From sequence record LR756502.1: a stretch of DNA of 64,000 bases. One strand, given 5' to 3'. Below are positions 1 through 9,038 of this stretch, piece by piece. A program made the translations under genes and the position numbers. The stretch's first letter is position 1; every line of letters begins with the position of its first letter. The notes under the pieces are model-generated. The model saw nothing but the letters and a program-made list of their open reading frames with translations. It ran no database searches and was not told where the DNA came from.

Positions 1-186
1 ACTCATCATTATGAACAATTGTATATACCTCTCTTAGTAACCACAAGTAATGTACTTATGTGTATATACTCTTACTCTTATATGTACTCTCTTTACTCAA
101 CTCTTGTTCATACCTTACTCACATTGTGTTCTAACTATTGTTCAGATAATTGTTCAAACTTTTGTTCTTAGTAATAATATAATTCT

Positions 187-194
187 TATATTTG
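187..194 (+). promoter_or_regulatory. Bacteroidota-type -7 promoter element TAnnTTTG
   Basis: TATATTTG with TTTG at 161-164 as a possible -33 element; heads the long + strand run of small ORFs. Confidence 0.6.
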
Positions 195-294
195 CTTATG
201 GATAATGATAATATAGGTTTCGAAATAAACTACAAGATTAAAAACCATAAAAAATCGCTTAACTAATCTTATCAATAAAAGAATACGGATAAAA

Positions 295-810
295 ATGAAT
301 GAAGTAATGAAATCGTTAACGAATATAGATATTGAGTGTCAATTAATGTCAGATATTGAATTACACTTGATTGTTACTAAATTACAAAAAGGTAATGATG
401 AGTTTATTTACCCTGTATATCCATCAAATGGGGACTACAATGGTCTTTTGCATACTGAGATTGGACGTTGTATGTTGGTTAAATATGGTGATAAGGTATC
501 TAAGTGTGAGAATATGATTATAGATATAAATAATATCTTATTAGATTTGAGTGATGAGGGGTTTCTTGTCACTGTTGGTTTTGCTCCAAATACTATAATT
601 TGTAGGGATGAATCTCCTAAGATAGTGGTTGATGTTGTCTCAACTATTAGTGCTATGAATTTTTCTTTTACTGAGTATATTGGTATATTAACTAGAGTTA
701 AGAGTTATGTTACGGGTGAGGGGTATGTTTTTGGTGATGGGTTTAACCCACCATCAATTGGTAGAGATCCTGATAGTTTATTAATGGATTATAAAATGTT
801 AATACAATAA
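295..810 (+). CDS. Untagged member of the DILxDLxDxG paralog family
   Basis: INNILLDLSDEGFLV...FSFTEYIGILTRVKSYVTGEGY matches the domain of N-tagged genes; no MKHL tag. Confidence 0.65.
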   Translation: MNEVMKSLTNIDIECQLMSDIELHLIVTKLQKGNDEFIYPVYPSNGDYNGLLHTEIGRCMLVKYGDKVSKCENMIIDINNILLDLSDEGFLVTVGFAPNTIICRDESPKIVVDVVSTISAMNFSFTEYIGILTRVKSYVTGEGYVFGDGFNPPSIGRDPDSLLMDYKMLIQ

Positions 811-813
811 GAG

Positions 814-1167
814 ATGAAACTTTATTCAGTTAGTACTGAGGACCTTAAAAAGGAACTACAAAGGAGAGAATCAGATCCAGGTATTTGGAGTGTTATAAAA
901 TATCTTCGTGATGATAGATCTCGTAGATATAATGAACCAAAGTATATCCATTTGATTGAAGATTCAAATGGTGTTCAAGTTGAAGTACAATTAGTTGGAA
1001 ATATTTATAATAAAGATTTAAATGATAAGCAACCAACTTGTAGTGATGATGAGCCTAATTGGGATAGTGATTGGGATGATTATGATGAATATTCAATTCA
1101 ATACTTCATCGGTAAGAAGGTAAGGATAGATTCATTTGACCCTCTCAAAATAAGTGAAATAATATAG
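814..1167 (+). CDS. Hypothetical acidic protein
   Basis: 117 aa ORF in a tightly packed operon; Asp-rich C-terminal half. Confidence 0.7.
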   Translation: MKLYSVSTEDLKKELQRRESDPGIWSVIKYLRDDRSRRYNEPKYIHLIEDSNGVQVEVQLVGNIYNKDLNDKQPTCSDDEPNWDSDWDDYDEYSIQYFIGKKVRIDSFDPLKISEII

Positions 1168-1175
1168 ATATTAAA

Positions 1176-1550
1176 ATGGAAAAAGAATTTGTACCATATG
1201 AACAAGCATTGGCTCTTAAAGAATTAGGGTTTGATGAGCCTTGTTTATCTAAATATGATAATGAAGGTATGTTTTATAATAATATACTTAATCGTAGTTC
1301 AATTACGGGGCAAGTTGCATCACCATTATACCAACAAGCATTTAGATGGTTTGAAGATAACCAATCAATGTTTGTTGAAAGAATAGTTATCACAAATGTT
1401 AATGAAGTAACGGGTATTGAATATAATATAAAATCGTGGAAATTTACACCCATAACAATTGAGTTTAATAATCCTTATGATAGTTTTGATAAGAATAAAG
1501 CGGAACTAAAATGTCTTAAAAGATTAATAGAAATAGTTAAAAATAAATAA
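1176..1550 (+). CDS. Conserved Bacteroidota-phage-type hypothetical protein
   Basis: MEKEFVPYEQALALKELGFDEPC...PLYQQAFRWF pattern, recalled from Flavobacteria-type phage small proteins. Confidence 0.55.
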   Translation: MEKEFVPYEQALALKELGFDEPCLSKYDNEGMFYNNILNRSSITGQVASPLYQQAFRWFEDNQSMFVERIVITNVNEVTGIEYNIKSWKFTPITIEFNNPYDSFDKNKAELKCLKRLIEIVKNK

Positions 1551-1555
1551 AATAA

Positions 1556-1963
1556 ATGGCAAAAATTAACAGAGTAAATGAAAACGATCTTTTCGGTCAC
1601 AAGATAACATCAATTGATCCGAGTGCATTATATGCGCTTATCTTTGACATTGATTATGATGATGCAGAATGGTTGGCTGAAAATCCACCACATTTGAAAT
1701 ATGATTGGAAGATAGTTAAATCGGAGTTAACATCATCTGATATGGAAGATGGTGGTGGAGATTACACAATAGTACTTAAACACTTACCTACTGGTCGGTT
1801 CTATGAAACATCATATACTGATTGGGATATGGGAAATACTGAGTTTGATGAGGAGTTGGGTAAGGTTATCACGGATGAAGAAGGTGGTCGTTGTGATCTT
1901 AATTGTGGATTAACTGAAGTAAAACCTAAACAAATAACAACAACAATTTACGAAAGAATCTAA
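1556..1963 (+). CDS. Hypothetical acidic protein
   Basis: 135 aa; TAATG overlap with next ORF. Confidence 0.7.
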   Translation: MAKINRVNENDLFGHKITSIDPSALYALIFDIDYDDAEWLAENPPHLKYDWKIVKSELTSSDMEDGGGDYTIVLKHLPTGRFYETSYTDWDMGNTEFDEELGKVITDEEGGRCDLNCGLTEVKPKQITTTIYERI

Positions 1964-2088
1964 TGAGAAACCCATTTGAAGAACAAGCTAACTATCATAA
2001 GAAGGAAGCTATAAAGTGGAGTAACCGTAGTAAAATAGCGGGAGTGATATTAGTAATTGTTGTTTATTTATGCTTTACAATATGTTAA
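1963..2088 (+). CDS. Small membrane peptide (41 aa, not in ORF track)
   Basis: MRNPFEEQ...IAGVILVIVVYLCFTIC; TAATG coupling; C-terminal hydrophobic helix. Confidence 0.55.
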   Translation: MRNPFEEQANYHKKEAIKWSNRSKIAGVILVIVVYLCFTIC

Positions 2089-2387
2089 AACTAATAAAGA
2101 AGATAAGAAGACATTTTGAGCTTAGAGTTCAACAAGAGGTCTTATGTGAATTGTGTTGTCAGCATTCACAAGATATGTATGTAATTAATTCGACTATTAG
2201 GATAGAATTTCCTAGATTGAATGAATTCTCTAGAGTAAATAGAGCGGTATCAAGAATTGATAAGATAATACCTAGTTGGTATTGGGTTATTGCTTATATA
2301 AGTGGTAGTGATTTAAGAATGAGGGTAGAAATTATAAGAAGGTTGAAATCGATGGGAGTTAATAGTTGGTGTCAGCATAAAATTTAG
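2070..2387 (+). CDS. Hypothetical protein
   Basis: 105 aa ORF; true start may be the ATG at 2082. Confidence 0.6.
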   Translation: MLYNMLKLIKKIRRHFELRVQQEVLCELCCQHSQDMYVINSTIRIEFPRLNEFSRVNRAVSRIDKIIPSWYWVIAYISGSDLRMRVEIIRRLKSMGVNSWCQHKI

Positions 2388-2394
2388 ATAATAG

Positions 2395-2601
2395 ATGGTA
2401 TTAAAATTCAATTCATTACCAGAAATAGATTGGTTGGTAACATATGGTAAGAGTTACAATATAGTTAAAGTATATAATGGAACATATACTATAATAAATG
2501 ATAATGGTCAGGAGGATGATTATGATGAATCGTTCTTTGATAAGAGGTCGGTACAAGATGAAAGGCATGTGAGGTTAAATAAAATATTAAATGATAATTA
2601 A
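2395..2601 (+). CDS. C-tail small SH3-like protein
   Basis: GKSYNIV...YTIINDNG; ends RHVRLNKILNDN. Confidence 0.7.
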   Translation: MVLKFNSLPEIDWLVTYGKSYNIVKVYNGTYTIINDNGQEDDYDESFFDKRSVQDERHVRLNKILNDN

Positions 2602-3031
2602 GGTTATGGGAAAGCTAGGTATATTTTTAGTATTGATGTTGTTATCGGTACAAGTAATAGGTCAGAGGGAAAGTAAGAAGGAAAGTAAAAAACTATCTAT
2701 AACATGTCATATAACAAGTGATACTGTACAAGAATATTTCTTAGTTAAGATATTATGTGACTATAATTTAGAAGCTGAGTTCAAAGCAGGAGAAAGATGG
2801 AGTTGTGATTTAGCTTTAAATAGAGAATATACGGTTATAGTTTATGTTGATGGATATTCTCCAATGTATGTTGTTATAGATGCTAAGACTAATAGGAGTA
2901 GGGCATATAAATATACTTTTACTATAAATATGGACTCATTGGATGTGAATGAGTATCCAGTACGTTTTGGTGAGATATTTTACAATGAGGATAGTAAGAA
3001 ATTTGATGGTTCATTTATAAAAAATAATTAA
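2591..3031 (+). CDS. Exported protein, carboxypeptidase-regulatory-like beta-sandwich (tentative)
   Basis: Sec-type signal LGIFLVLMLLSVQVIGQ; beta-rich, DLALNREYTVIVYVDGY. Confidence 0.45.
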   Translation: MIIKVMGKLGIFLVLMLLSVQVIGQRESKKESKKLSITCHITSDTVQEYFLVKILCDYNLEAEFKAGERWSCDLALNREYTVIVYVDGYSPMYVVIDAKTNRSRAYKYTFTINMDSLDVNEYPVRFGEIFYNEDSKKFDGSFIKNN

Positions 3032-3032
3032 G

Positions 3033-3386
3033 ATGGAATTAAAGGCAATTGATTTTAGGTTTTTCATTGGATGTTCATGTTATATTATGGATACTGATGA
3101 ACCGGTTCCCTCAACAATTGAGGGAATTGATGGTCATTCTAATACTGTTATTAGTGAGAGGGTATCTTATGTTCCTAGTTTAATAAAGCCGGTTTTAAGG
3201 AGGTTTGATACTTTATCTAGGCATGAGGTTGAGGGATTGAATAAGTTGTGGCCAAAGGAGAATATTAGGCGTACTGTGGTGGGTAGTATACAAATAGATG
3301 CTGAGATAACTGATTATTTGACATCTTTGGGTATAGATGTTTTTGGATGGATTGATAAGGGTTTAGCATTTGATGCTGGGAAGTAG
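3033..3386 (+). CDS. Conserved Bacteroidota-phage-type hypothetical protein
   Basis: IKPVLRR...LGIDVFGWIDKGLAFD pattern. Confidence 0.5.
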   Translation: MELKAIDFRFFIGCSCYIMDTDEPVPSTIEGIDGHSNTVISERVSYVPSLIKPVLRRFDTLSRHEVEGLNKLWPKENIRRTVVGSIQIDAEITDYLTSLGIDVFGWIDKGLAFDAGK

Positions 3387-3390
3387 GTAT

Positions 3391-3420
3391 AAAAAAACGA
3401 ACGGATTTTAGTATAATGAG
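3391..3420 (+). repeat. 29-bp direct repeat, copy 1 (gene-start element)
   Basis: AAAAAACGAACGGATTTTAGTATAATGAG; copy 2 at 3655-3683 differs at one position. Confidence 0.85.
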
Positions 3421-3649
3421 AGTAAATAGAATTAGGAAAATGAAGGATAAAAATATAGTAACATCACATTCAACGACATGTCAATTATGTGGTGAATTAG
3501 TTAGATGGTCTGATAATGATGAGGATTATGGTGACTTATATAGTAAGTTAAAGTATCATTTGAATAATGGGGCATGTGCTCGTAATGAGAAGATAAAGGA
3601 GATATTGGGGATAGAGAATGAACCAAATAGTATGAAGTGGTTTAAATAA
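3416..3649 (+). CDS. C-tail Cys-containing small protein
   Basis: CQLCG; RNEKIKEILGI near the C-terminus. Confidence 0.65.
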   Translation: MRVNRIRKMKDKNIVTSHSTTCQLCGELVRWSDNDEDYGDLYSKLKYHLNNGACARNEKIKEILGIENEPNSMKWFK

Positions 3650-3654
3650 CTACT

Positions 3655-3683
3655 AAAAAACGAACGAATTTTAGTATAATGAG
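3655..3683 (+). repeat. 29-bp direct repeat, copy 2
   Basis: AAAAAACGAACGAATTTTAGTATAATGAG, ending on the ATG of 3679. Confidence 0.85.
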
Positions 3684-3978
3684 TATAATGAGGGAGGAGT
3701 ATATATCATATTATGTTTGTGTAGGGGCCGATCAAGTGGATATGTTATTTTTCGACTCTTATAAAATAAAACGTGGTGATATATTTGAGTATCATGGATA
3801 TGTCACGGATGGTTATCCGGAACCTGTATCATTTCGTGTTCAACATGAAGATTACATTAAGTTAAGGAATAAGGATACTGGTATGGATGACTACTATCTT
3901 TTTAGGAATTTTATATCGGTACAAGATTTAAGGAATAGTAAACTAATAGAATTAGGAATAGAATTAGGAATAGAATGA
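3679..3978 (+). CDS. C-tail small protein
   Basis: Ends RNSKLIELGIELGIE; 12-bp unit ATAGAATTAGGA tandem at 3946-3976. Confidence 0.7.
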   Translation: MSIMREEYISYYVCVGADQVDMLFFDSYKIKRGDIFEYHGYVTDGYPEPVSFRVQHEDYIKLRNKDTGMDDYYLFRNFISVQDLRNSKLIELGIELGIE

Positions 3979-4262
3979 GAATAGAAGAACTTTATAGGAT
4001 AAATCCAGAATTAGATCCAAATTACTTTTCATCTTTGCTGCCGGGTCAAGAGATATCTGAATGTATATCTGCTGTAGTTGATTATTGTATTGAGAATAAA
4101 ACCTCAGCAACTCTTTCATTTAATGGGATTATTAATAGGGTTGAATCTTGGATTGATCCAAAAGAATTAGCTAACGTTTGGTATAGCAGACCAACCGAGA
4201 TATGGTATCAATCACAAAGATCATTAATGAGGAATCATAAAATAAAGGAGTTGGGAATATAA
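3975..4262 (+). CDS. C-tail small protein
   Basis: Ends RNHKIKELGI; ATGA overlap. Confidence 0.7.
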   Translation: MRIEELYRINPELDPNYFSSLLPGQEISECISAVVDYCIENKTSATLSFNGIINRVESWIDPKELANVWYSRPTEIWYQSQRSLMRNHKIKELGI

Positions 4263-4264
4263 AT

Positions 4265-4588
4265 ATGTTATTTGCTAAGAAGAGGTTTAGATCGAAGTGT
4301 ATTAATAATAAGTACATGGACTTTGGTAGTCATACTGGGTTTACGGAGAGGGAGAGTATCTACGGTCATTTAGTTGTTGGTGATTGGTATGATTTTGAGG
4401 TTGATGATAATGGTAGGGCTTGTATTGTATCAAATGATTTAAAATATTATAATGGATATTTCTTTTATAGTAGGGAAGATATAAATTCAAGATATCATTC
4501 GGGAATTGCATCACATATAGATTTCTATCTTTTCTTTGAATCGATAGATGGTATTAGAAATAGTAAATTAGAATCTATAGGGATATGA
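4265..4588 (+). CDS. C-tail SH3-like protein, paralog of 50591-50935
   Basis: CINNKYMDFGSHTGF; ends RNSKLESIGI. Confidence 0.7.
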   Translation: MLFAKKRFRSKCINNKYMDFGSHTGFTERESIYGHLVVGDWYDFEVDDNGRACIVSNDLKYYNGYFFYSREDINSRYHSGIASHIDFYLFFESIDGIRNSKLESIGI

Positions 4589-4791
4589 AAGTATTGTGTG
4601 TAAATATATTGCCATTTACGGTTGGTATTGAGGTAGGGGTTGAGTATGAACTTATGAGAGAATTTTATAGCGGTGATAATCTTATGTATATTATAAAAAT
4701 AAGTGAGGTATCTAGTGGAACATATACGGCTTCTCAGTTCAAGGGGATTGATGAGATAAGGCAAGAGAAATTAGAATCTATGGGGATATGA
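4585..4791 (+). CDS. C-tail SH3-like protein (xVxC family)
   Basis: MKVLCV...GVEYEL; ends RQEKLESMGI. Confidence 0.7.
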   Translation: MKVLCVNILPFTVGIEVGVEYELMREFYSGDNLMYIIKISEVSSGTYTASQFKGIDEIRQEKLESMGI

Positions 4792-5162
4792 GTTTTATTA
4801 TATTTATATACTCATTTCTAATATTGATCTTTGTTATAATGACGATGATTGTTATCAGGAAAACAAACCCTCATATCCTAAGGATGAGGATTAGAAGGAT
4901 AAGCCTGAAGAAGTTTATAAAGATGTATCTTATAATGTTGGTTATATTATTACTTATATCTTATAAGTCAAATAAAATTGAGGAGTATCCAGTATTAAAT
5001 TATGTTGATGCAATTGCACTAACAAGTATTATATCATATATGGTAATACTTAGAGGTGTGACTAATGAGGTTACGGTAGAAGAACGTGATTATATAAATG
5101 ATAATAGAGTATCTTTGGATAGGGACTATAAGATAAACAAGATACTTAAAAATAGAAGATAA
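4788..5162 (+). CDS. C-tail membrane protein (3 TM)
   Basis: Three hydrophobic segments; ends RDYKINKILKNRR. Confidence 0.7.
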   Translation: MSFIIFIYSFLILIFVIMTMIVIRKTNPHILRMRIRRISLKKFIKMYLIMLVILLLISYKSNKIEEYPVLNYVDAIALTSIISYMVILRGVTNEVTVEERDYINDNRVSLDRDYKINKILKNRR

Positions 5163-5163
5163 G

Positions 5164-5466
5164 ATGAAAGACGTAGTAATTAATGAATCTACATTTCCTT
5201 TATCAAATGGTGAATTTGGTAAGATAGCTATATTTATGTATACTGGTGATAGTGATCCAAGACCAATATTGGAGAACGCTATAGCTTACTATGTTGGTGA
5301 TAGTGAAGTTCCATATCATACATTTATAGATTCTCAATTGAATATTCCATGGATGATTACGCTAATAAGTAATATCGGTGATATGGATTACTCTATGTAT
5401 AATGGTGAGACAATGACTCAATTATTTAGGAATGATAGGTTAAATAGAATATTAGGTGAAAAATAA
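5164..5466 (+). CDS. C-tail small protein
   Basis: Ends RNDRLNRILGEK. Confidence 0.7.
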   Translation: MKDVVINESTFPLSNGEFGKIAIFMYTGDSDPRPILENAIAYYVGDSEVPYHTFIDSQLNIPWMITLISNIGDMDYSMYNGETMTQLFRNDRLNRILGEK

Positions 5467-5692
5467 AATGATACAAAAGGTGAAAATTAGAGATTGGATA
5501 GAAAATAAAACATCAGGACGAGTACCACCTCCACCGACCAATCCATCAAAAAGATATCAAGATATGAATGAGGAGATTCTTATCAATGATATGTTAAAAA
5601 GGATTGGTCTTGATAGAGAGGATCTTAAACATATGAAACCAAGTGAATTAAAAGCCAGAATAAGAGATAATAAATTAGATTCAATATTATAA
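5456..5692 (+). CDS. C-tail small protein
   Basis: PPPP stretch; ends RDNKLDSIL. Confidence 0.7.
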   Translation: MKNKMIQKVKIRDWIENKTSGRVPPPPTNPSKRYQDMNEEILINDMLKRIGLDREDLKHMKPSELKARIRDNKLDSIL

Positions 5693-5928
5693 TGTTTAAA
5701 GTTGGTGATAGAGTAAAGAGAAAGAACCATAACTATAGACACACTGAAGGGTGTGAGGTTATAAACTTAAATAACATTTTCTTCACTGACCGCATAATGG
5801 TTAGAGATTATGATATGCCAATGGAGAATAGCGTTGGATGTTTTGTAGAGACTTGGGTAAGGGTAACTGACTTAGTTGATGATTTGGATGGTTATAGAGA
5901 TAGACAATTAAATAAATTAGGAATATGA
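5692..5928 (+). CDS. C-tail KOW/SH3-like protein
   Basis: MFKVGDRV; ends RDRQLNKLGI. Confidence 0.7.
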   Translation: MFKVGDRVKRKNHNYRHTEGCEVINLNNIFFTDRIMVRDYDMPMENSVGCFVETWVRVTDLVDDLDGYRDRQLNKLGI

Positions 5929-6398
5929 TTGATATTGTTAGCTTATATGATTCGAATGATAGATTAACTAAATGGGATAGTGAGTCATATATAATTATAA
6001 CTCGTGGAGTATCAGAAGAAAGGGTATTAGTCAAAAAAAACATGCCATCTATAATGTTACATGAGATCGATGATTATATAAGAACCTGGGGATGTACGAT
6101 GTATGATATTTCATCCTGGGTGGACATGAGCACATATAAATCCTTTAATAATAGTATTTTTTGGTCAGGTCTTTTATTTGTAAGAATAGATATAAATACT
6201 TATCATACTGATATGATAAGCTTGGATTCATCTAATTGGTTTGATTATAAAAAGGAGAGTTTTAGATATAGATTTGATGAGTGGGTAGAAAGGACATCTA
6301 ATGCTTTAATATCAAATGGGAAAGATAATATACCACTTAAAAGGGAAATACATTTAAGATCTTTATTAAAAGATACAAAAAAAATAAACGAATTTTAG
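5925..6398 (+). CDS. C-tail protein
   Basis: REIHLRSLL near the C-terminus. Confidence 0.65.
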   Translation: MIDIVSLYDSNDRLTKWDSESYIIITRGVSEERVLVKKNMPSIMLHEIDDYIRTWGCTMYDISSWVDMSTYKSFNNSIFWSGLLFVRIDINTYHTDMISLDSSNWFDYKKESFRYRFDEWVERTSNALISNGKDNIPLKREIHLRSLLKDTKKINEF

Positions 6399-6406
6399 TA
6401 TATTTG
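6399..6406 (+). promoter_or_regulatory. Bacteroidota-type TAnnTTTG promoter
   Basis: TATATTTG in the intergenic gap before the C-tail gene run 6431-9302. Confidence 0.6.
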
Positions 6407-6430
6407 TATTAAAATGCGTAAGAAGATAAT

Positions 6431-6802
6431 ATGATTAGTGTTAGTATAAATGATTTTATTGGATTAAAGGTTGGTGATAAGTTCAACAATCTATCAATCT
6501 TTACAGACCAACCTTATCCAGGGTTATCAGTATCAGATTGGAATTGGAAACAAATCGAGGATGAAGTCCGACCTGGAACATATCCTATAGACCAGCAGTT
6601 TCTGAAAGCTCCATTTATAGTTCCAATTGGTACATTGTTTGAGGTAGTTTATATTCATAACTTTGTAGATGCTAAACACGTTCATTTTACTTATATAAGT
6701 GATGGTGTAGAATATAGTAGTTGGTTTTCGGTTGGATCACTTAACTCAAGATCATGTTTTATGAACTTCAGAGTTAATAATTTAGAAAAACTAGGAATAT
6801 GA
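6431..6802 (+). CDS. C-tail protein
   Basis: Ends RVNNLEKLGI. Confidence 0.7.
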   Translation: MISVSINDFIGLKVGDKFNNLSIFTDQPYPGLSVSDWNWKQIEDEVRPGTYPIDQQFLKAPFIVPIGTLFEVVYIHNFVDAKHVHFTYISDGVEYSSWFSVGSLNSRSCFMNFRVNNLEKLGI

Positions 6803-7071
6803 AATTAGTTTGTATAAAAGAATTTGGTAAATATGAAGTAGGTAAACACTATGAATACTGGACAAACTTTGGTGGTCTTAATCATATTGTAAAAGACTAT
6901 GATGGTGATACTTATCCATTTGATGGTCGTTGTGCAAGCTACGATCGACCATATGTTTTTGAATACTTTCAAATACTTGATGAATATAGAGATAATCAAT
7001 TAGATAAAATAATGAGAAATCCTGTTTGGGTAGAGGTAGTAAATGATAAAATAAGTAAAATTTTAGAATGA
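6799..7071 (+). CDS. C-tail SH3-like protein (xVxC family)
   Basis: MKLVCIK..VGKHYE; RDNQLDKIM followed by a second tail-like NDKISKILE. Confidence 0.7.
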   Translation: MKLVCIKEFGKYEVGKHYEYWTNFGGLNHIVKDYDGDTYPFDGRCASYDRPYVFEYFQILDEYRDNQLDKIMRNPVWVEVVNDKISKILE

Positions 7072-7319
7072 GAGTAGTTTGTATTAATGACACATATGGT
7101 AATTCCAGACATTTAGAATTATATAAGGTATATGATACTATTGATTCACAAGATGTTTCGAGATACGGATATTATACGGTATACTCAACTACTTATATTA
7201 ATCCCCTTCATAAAATGGGTCTTATTGAAGAGTTAAAGCAAATATGTGTTAATAAGAGGTGTTTTACAACATTAGAGGAATATAGAAGTAATAAAATTAA
7301 TAAACTATTAAATGATTAG
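7068..7319 (+). CDS. C-tail SH3-like protein (xVxC family)
   Basis: MRVVCIND; ends RSNKINKLLND. Confidence 0.7.
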   Translation: MRVVCINDTYGNSRHLELYKVYDTIDSQDVSRYGYYTVYSTTYINPLHKMGLIEELKQICVNKRCFTTLEEYRSNKINKLLND

Positions 7320-7647
7320 AAGAATATTTGATATGATTACAATAGCTTTTAATCCAAACTACTGGCTTATGAACTATAAATATTGTGATGTATGGGACAA
7401 AAAGCTGAATAAGCTTATGAATGAAAATGAATTTGTTATGTATGATATGCGGTATACCTGTGAATTGGGTGATTCTGTCATTTGGGTATCGAATCACCCA
7501 TATGCATCATTCATAGAATATAATACCTTCAATAAAGAAGTAAGAGCATCCAGATTAACAATAATAAAGGCTAATCGTAAATTTAATTATGATATTAAGT
7601 CAATTGAAGATAAGAGAGATATTAGGCTAAATAAGCTAATCAAATAA
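7312..7647 (+). CDS. C-tail protein
   Basis: Ends RDIRLNKLIK. Confidence 0.7.
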   Translation: MIRRIFDMITIAFNPNYWLMNYKYCDVWDKKLNKLMNENEFVMYDMRYTCELGDSVIWVSNHPYASFIEYNTFNKEVRASRLTIIKANRKFNYDIKSIEDKRDIRLNKLIK

Positions 7648-7688
7648 AGCAGATAGTTGTGAATATTAAAATAAACAAATAAATAAAA

Positions 7689-7874
7689 ATGAGTGATATA
7701 AACTTAGATGACCTAAAAAAGAAAAATGTACCGAAGAATGTTCGGCTACAGGTTACTCTATCTAAGGATCTTATAGATCGATTTGATAAGGTTGTTAATG
7801 AACACGGATTTGATAAATCAAAGCTAATGGAAAAGGCTTTGGAGACTTTACTTGATCGCATAGAAAAGAAATAA
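7689..7874 (+). CDS. Ribbon-helix-helix (CopG/Arc-like) DNA-binding protein
   Basis: VRLQVTLSKDLIDRFDKVVNEHGFDKSKLMEKALE: alternating beta-strand plus two helices. Confidence 0.75.
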   Translation: MSDINLDDLKKKNVPKNVRLQVTLSKDLIDRFDKVVNEHGFDKSKLMEKALETLLDRIEKK

Positions 7875-8035
7875 TGAATAAGGAACTAATACCAATACCA
7901 TCAACACTAAGTACTGCTAAAAAAGCAGGATATGATGTTTATATTGATAATAATACAGGTGTTATTACTGTATCATTTACTAGAAAAAAAAGAATACTTA
8001 AAATTAAAAATATACAAAAAGTACTAAATAAATGA
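7874..8035 (+). CDS. Small basic protein (53 aa, not in ORF track)
   Basis: MNKELIP...KVLNK; TAATG and ATGA overlaps at the two ends. Confidence 0.55.
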   Translation: MNKELIPIPSTLSTAKKAGYDVYIDNNTGVITVSFTRKKRILKIKNIQKVLNK

Positions 8036-8223
8036 AGAAGATAATTTTAATAACACCACTAATCATTCTAACGATAGTATTATACTTTTGTAAAGATTGG
8101 ATGCTCTCGGTAGTTCCTGATGGTAACTATTCAGAAAGAGTTATCCATAATAAATATATTTTTATATCTGTTATTGCTATTATAGGATTTGTATTTCTAT
8201 ATTTAACTAGAAGGAAAAAATAG
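8032..8223 (+). CDS. Small 2-TM membrane protein
   Basis: Two hydrophobic helices, basic C-terminus RRKK. Confidence 0.65.
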   Translation: MKKIILITPLIILTIVLYFCKDWMLSVVPDGNYSERVIHNKYIFISVIAIIGFVFLYLTRRKK

Positions 8224-8511
8224 ATGCAAGTAGCTAAGGAAGTAGATAGTAGTAATTTATATAAATTAGGTGATAAAGTTATCGTCCTATTTAATCGACC
8301 AAATATACCAGATATTTATAAGAGTGGTAAGTTTGGTGATGATGAGTTTGTTGTAAATAAAATACATTATGTGTCTGATTCCCCAAAAGGGTTCTATAGG
8401 TATCTAATTAAACATATGAACTCAAATATTTGCTTGTGGAAGTTTGATGAGGAAATTCAATCATTTATATCTATACAAAGGGAAAATAGATTAAAAGAAA
8501 TAGGAATATGA
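8224..8511 (+). CDS. C-tail KOW/SH3-like protein
   Basis: YKLGDKV; ends RENRLKEIGI. Confidence 0.7.
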   Translation: MQVAKEVDSSNLYKLGDKVIVLFNRPNIPDIYKSGKFGDDEFVVNKIHYVSDSPKGFYRYLIKHMNSNICLWKFDEEIQSFISIQRENRLKEIGI

Positions 8512-8789
8512 AAGATAGTATAAATATATTATTTTTGGGTAAAAATACTGTTGTAGTGGAATCAAGTAGTGGTCCAGTATTTAGGTATATGTATATGAGA
8601 ACTATAAAAGGACATCCAGAGTATTCATCTGCTACCCAAACTACATTCTCAAATGATTTAGAATACTTAAAGAAGTTATCACTTAATGAAGCTAATATGA
8701 CATTTGGTGATACTGATCCAATAACAGATGTAGAAGCTTTACATAAAAAATCACTTGAAGAATATTTTGTATCAGTAAAAAGAATATAA
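8508..8789 (+). CDS. Hypothetical protein
   Basis: 93 aa; ATGA overlap. Confidence 0.65.
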   Translation: MKDSINILFLGKNTVVVESSSGPVFRYMYMRTIKGHPEYSSATQTTFSNDLEYLKKLSLNEANMTFGDTDPITDVEALHKKSLEEYFVSVKRI

Positions 8790-8799
8790 TAATATAAAG

Positions 8800-9012
8800 A
8801 TGAGAGTAACAATTGAATTAGAGAAAGAAGACTTCGATGCAATGCATGATGTTATACTTGAAGTATGTGGTGAATCACCAAGTAAAGAAGAAATACAAAG
8901 CTTCTGGGATTTAATGCCTGATGATGTTAAAGGCACCGCAATACAATGGGGTTGTAATGATACAGTATTCAGAGATAATATGTATGAGTGGTTACAGAAG
9001 TTTGAAAAATAG
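8800..9012 (+). CDS. Small acidic hypothetical protein
   Basis: 70 aa, D/E rich. Confidence 0.65.
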   Translation: MRVTIELEKEDFDAMHDVILEVCGESPSKEEIQSFWDLMPDDVKGTAIQWGCNDTVFRDNMYEWLQKFEK

Positions 9013-9038
9013 TACGAAATGAAATTATTTATGAAAGA

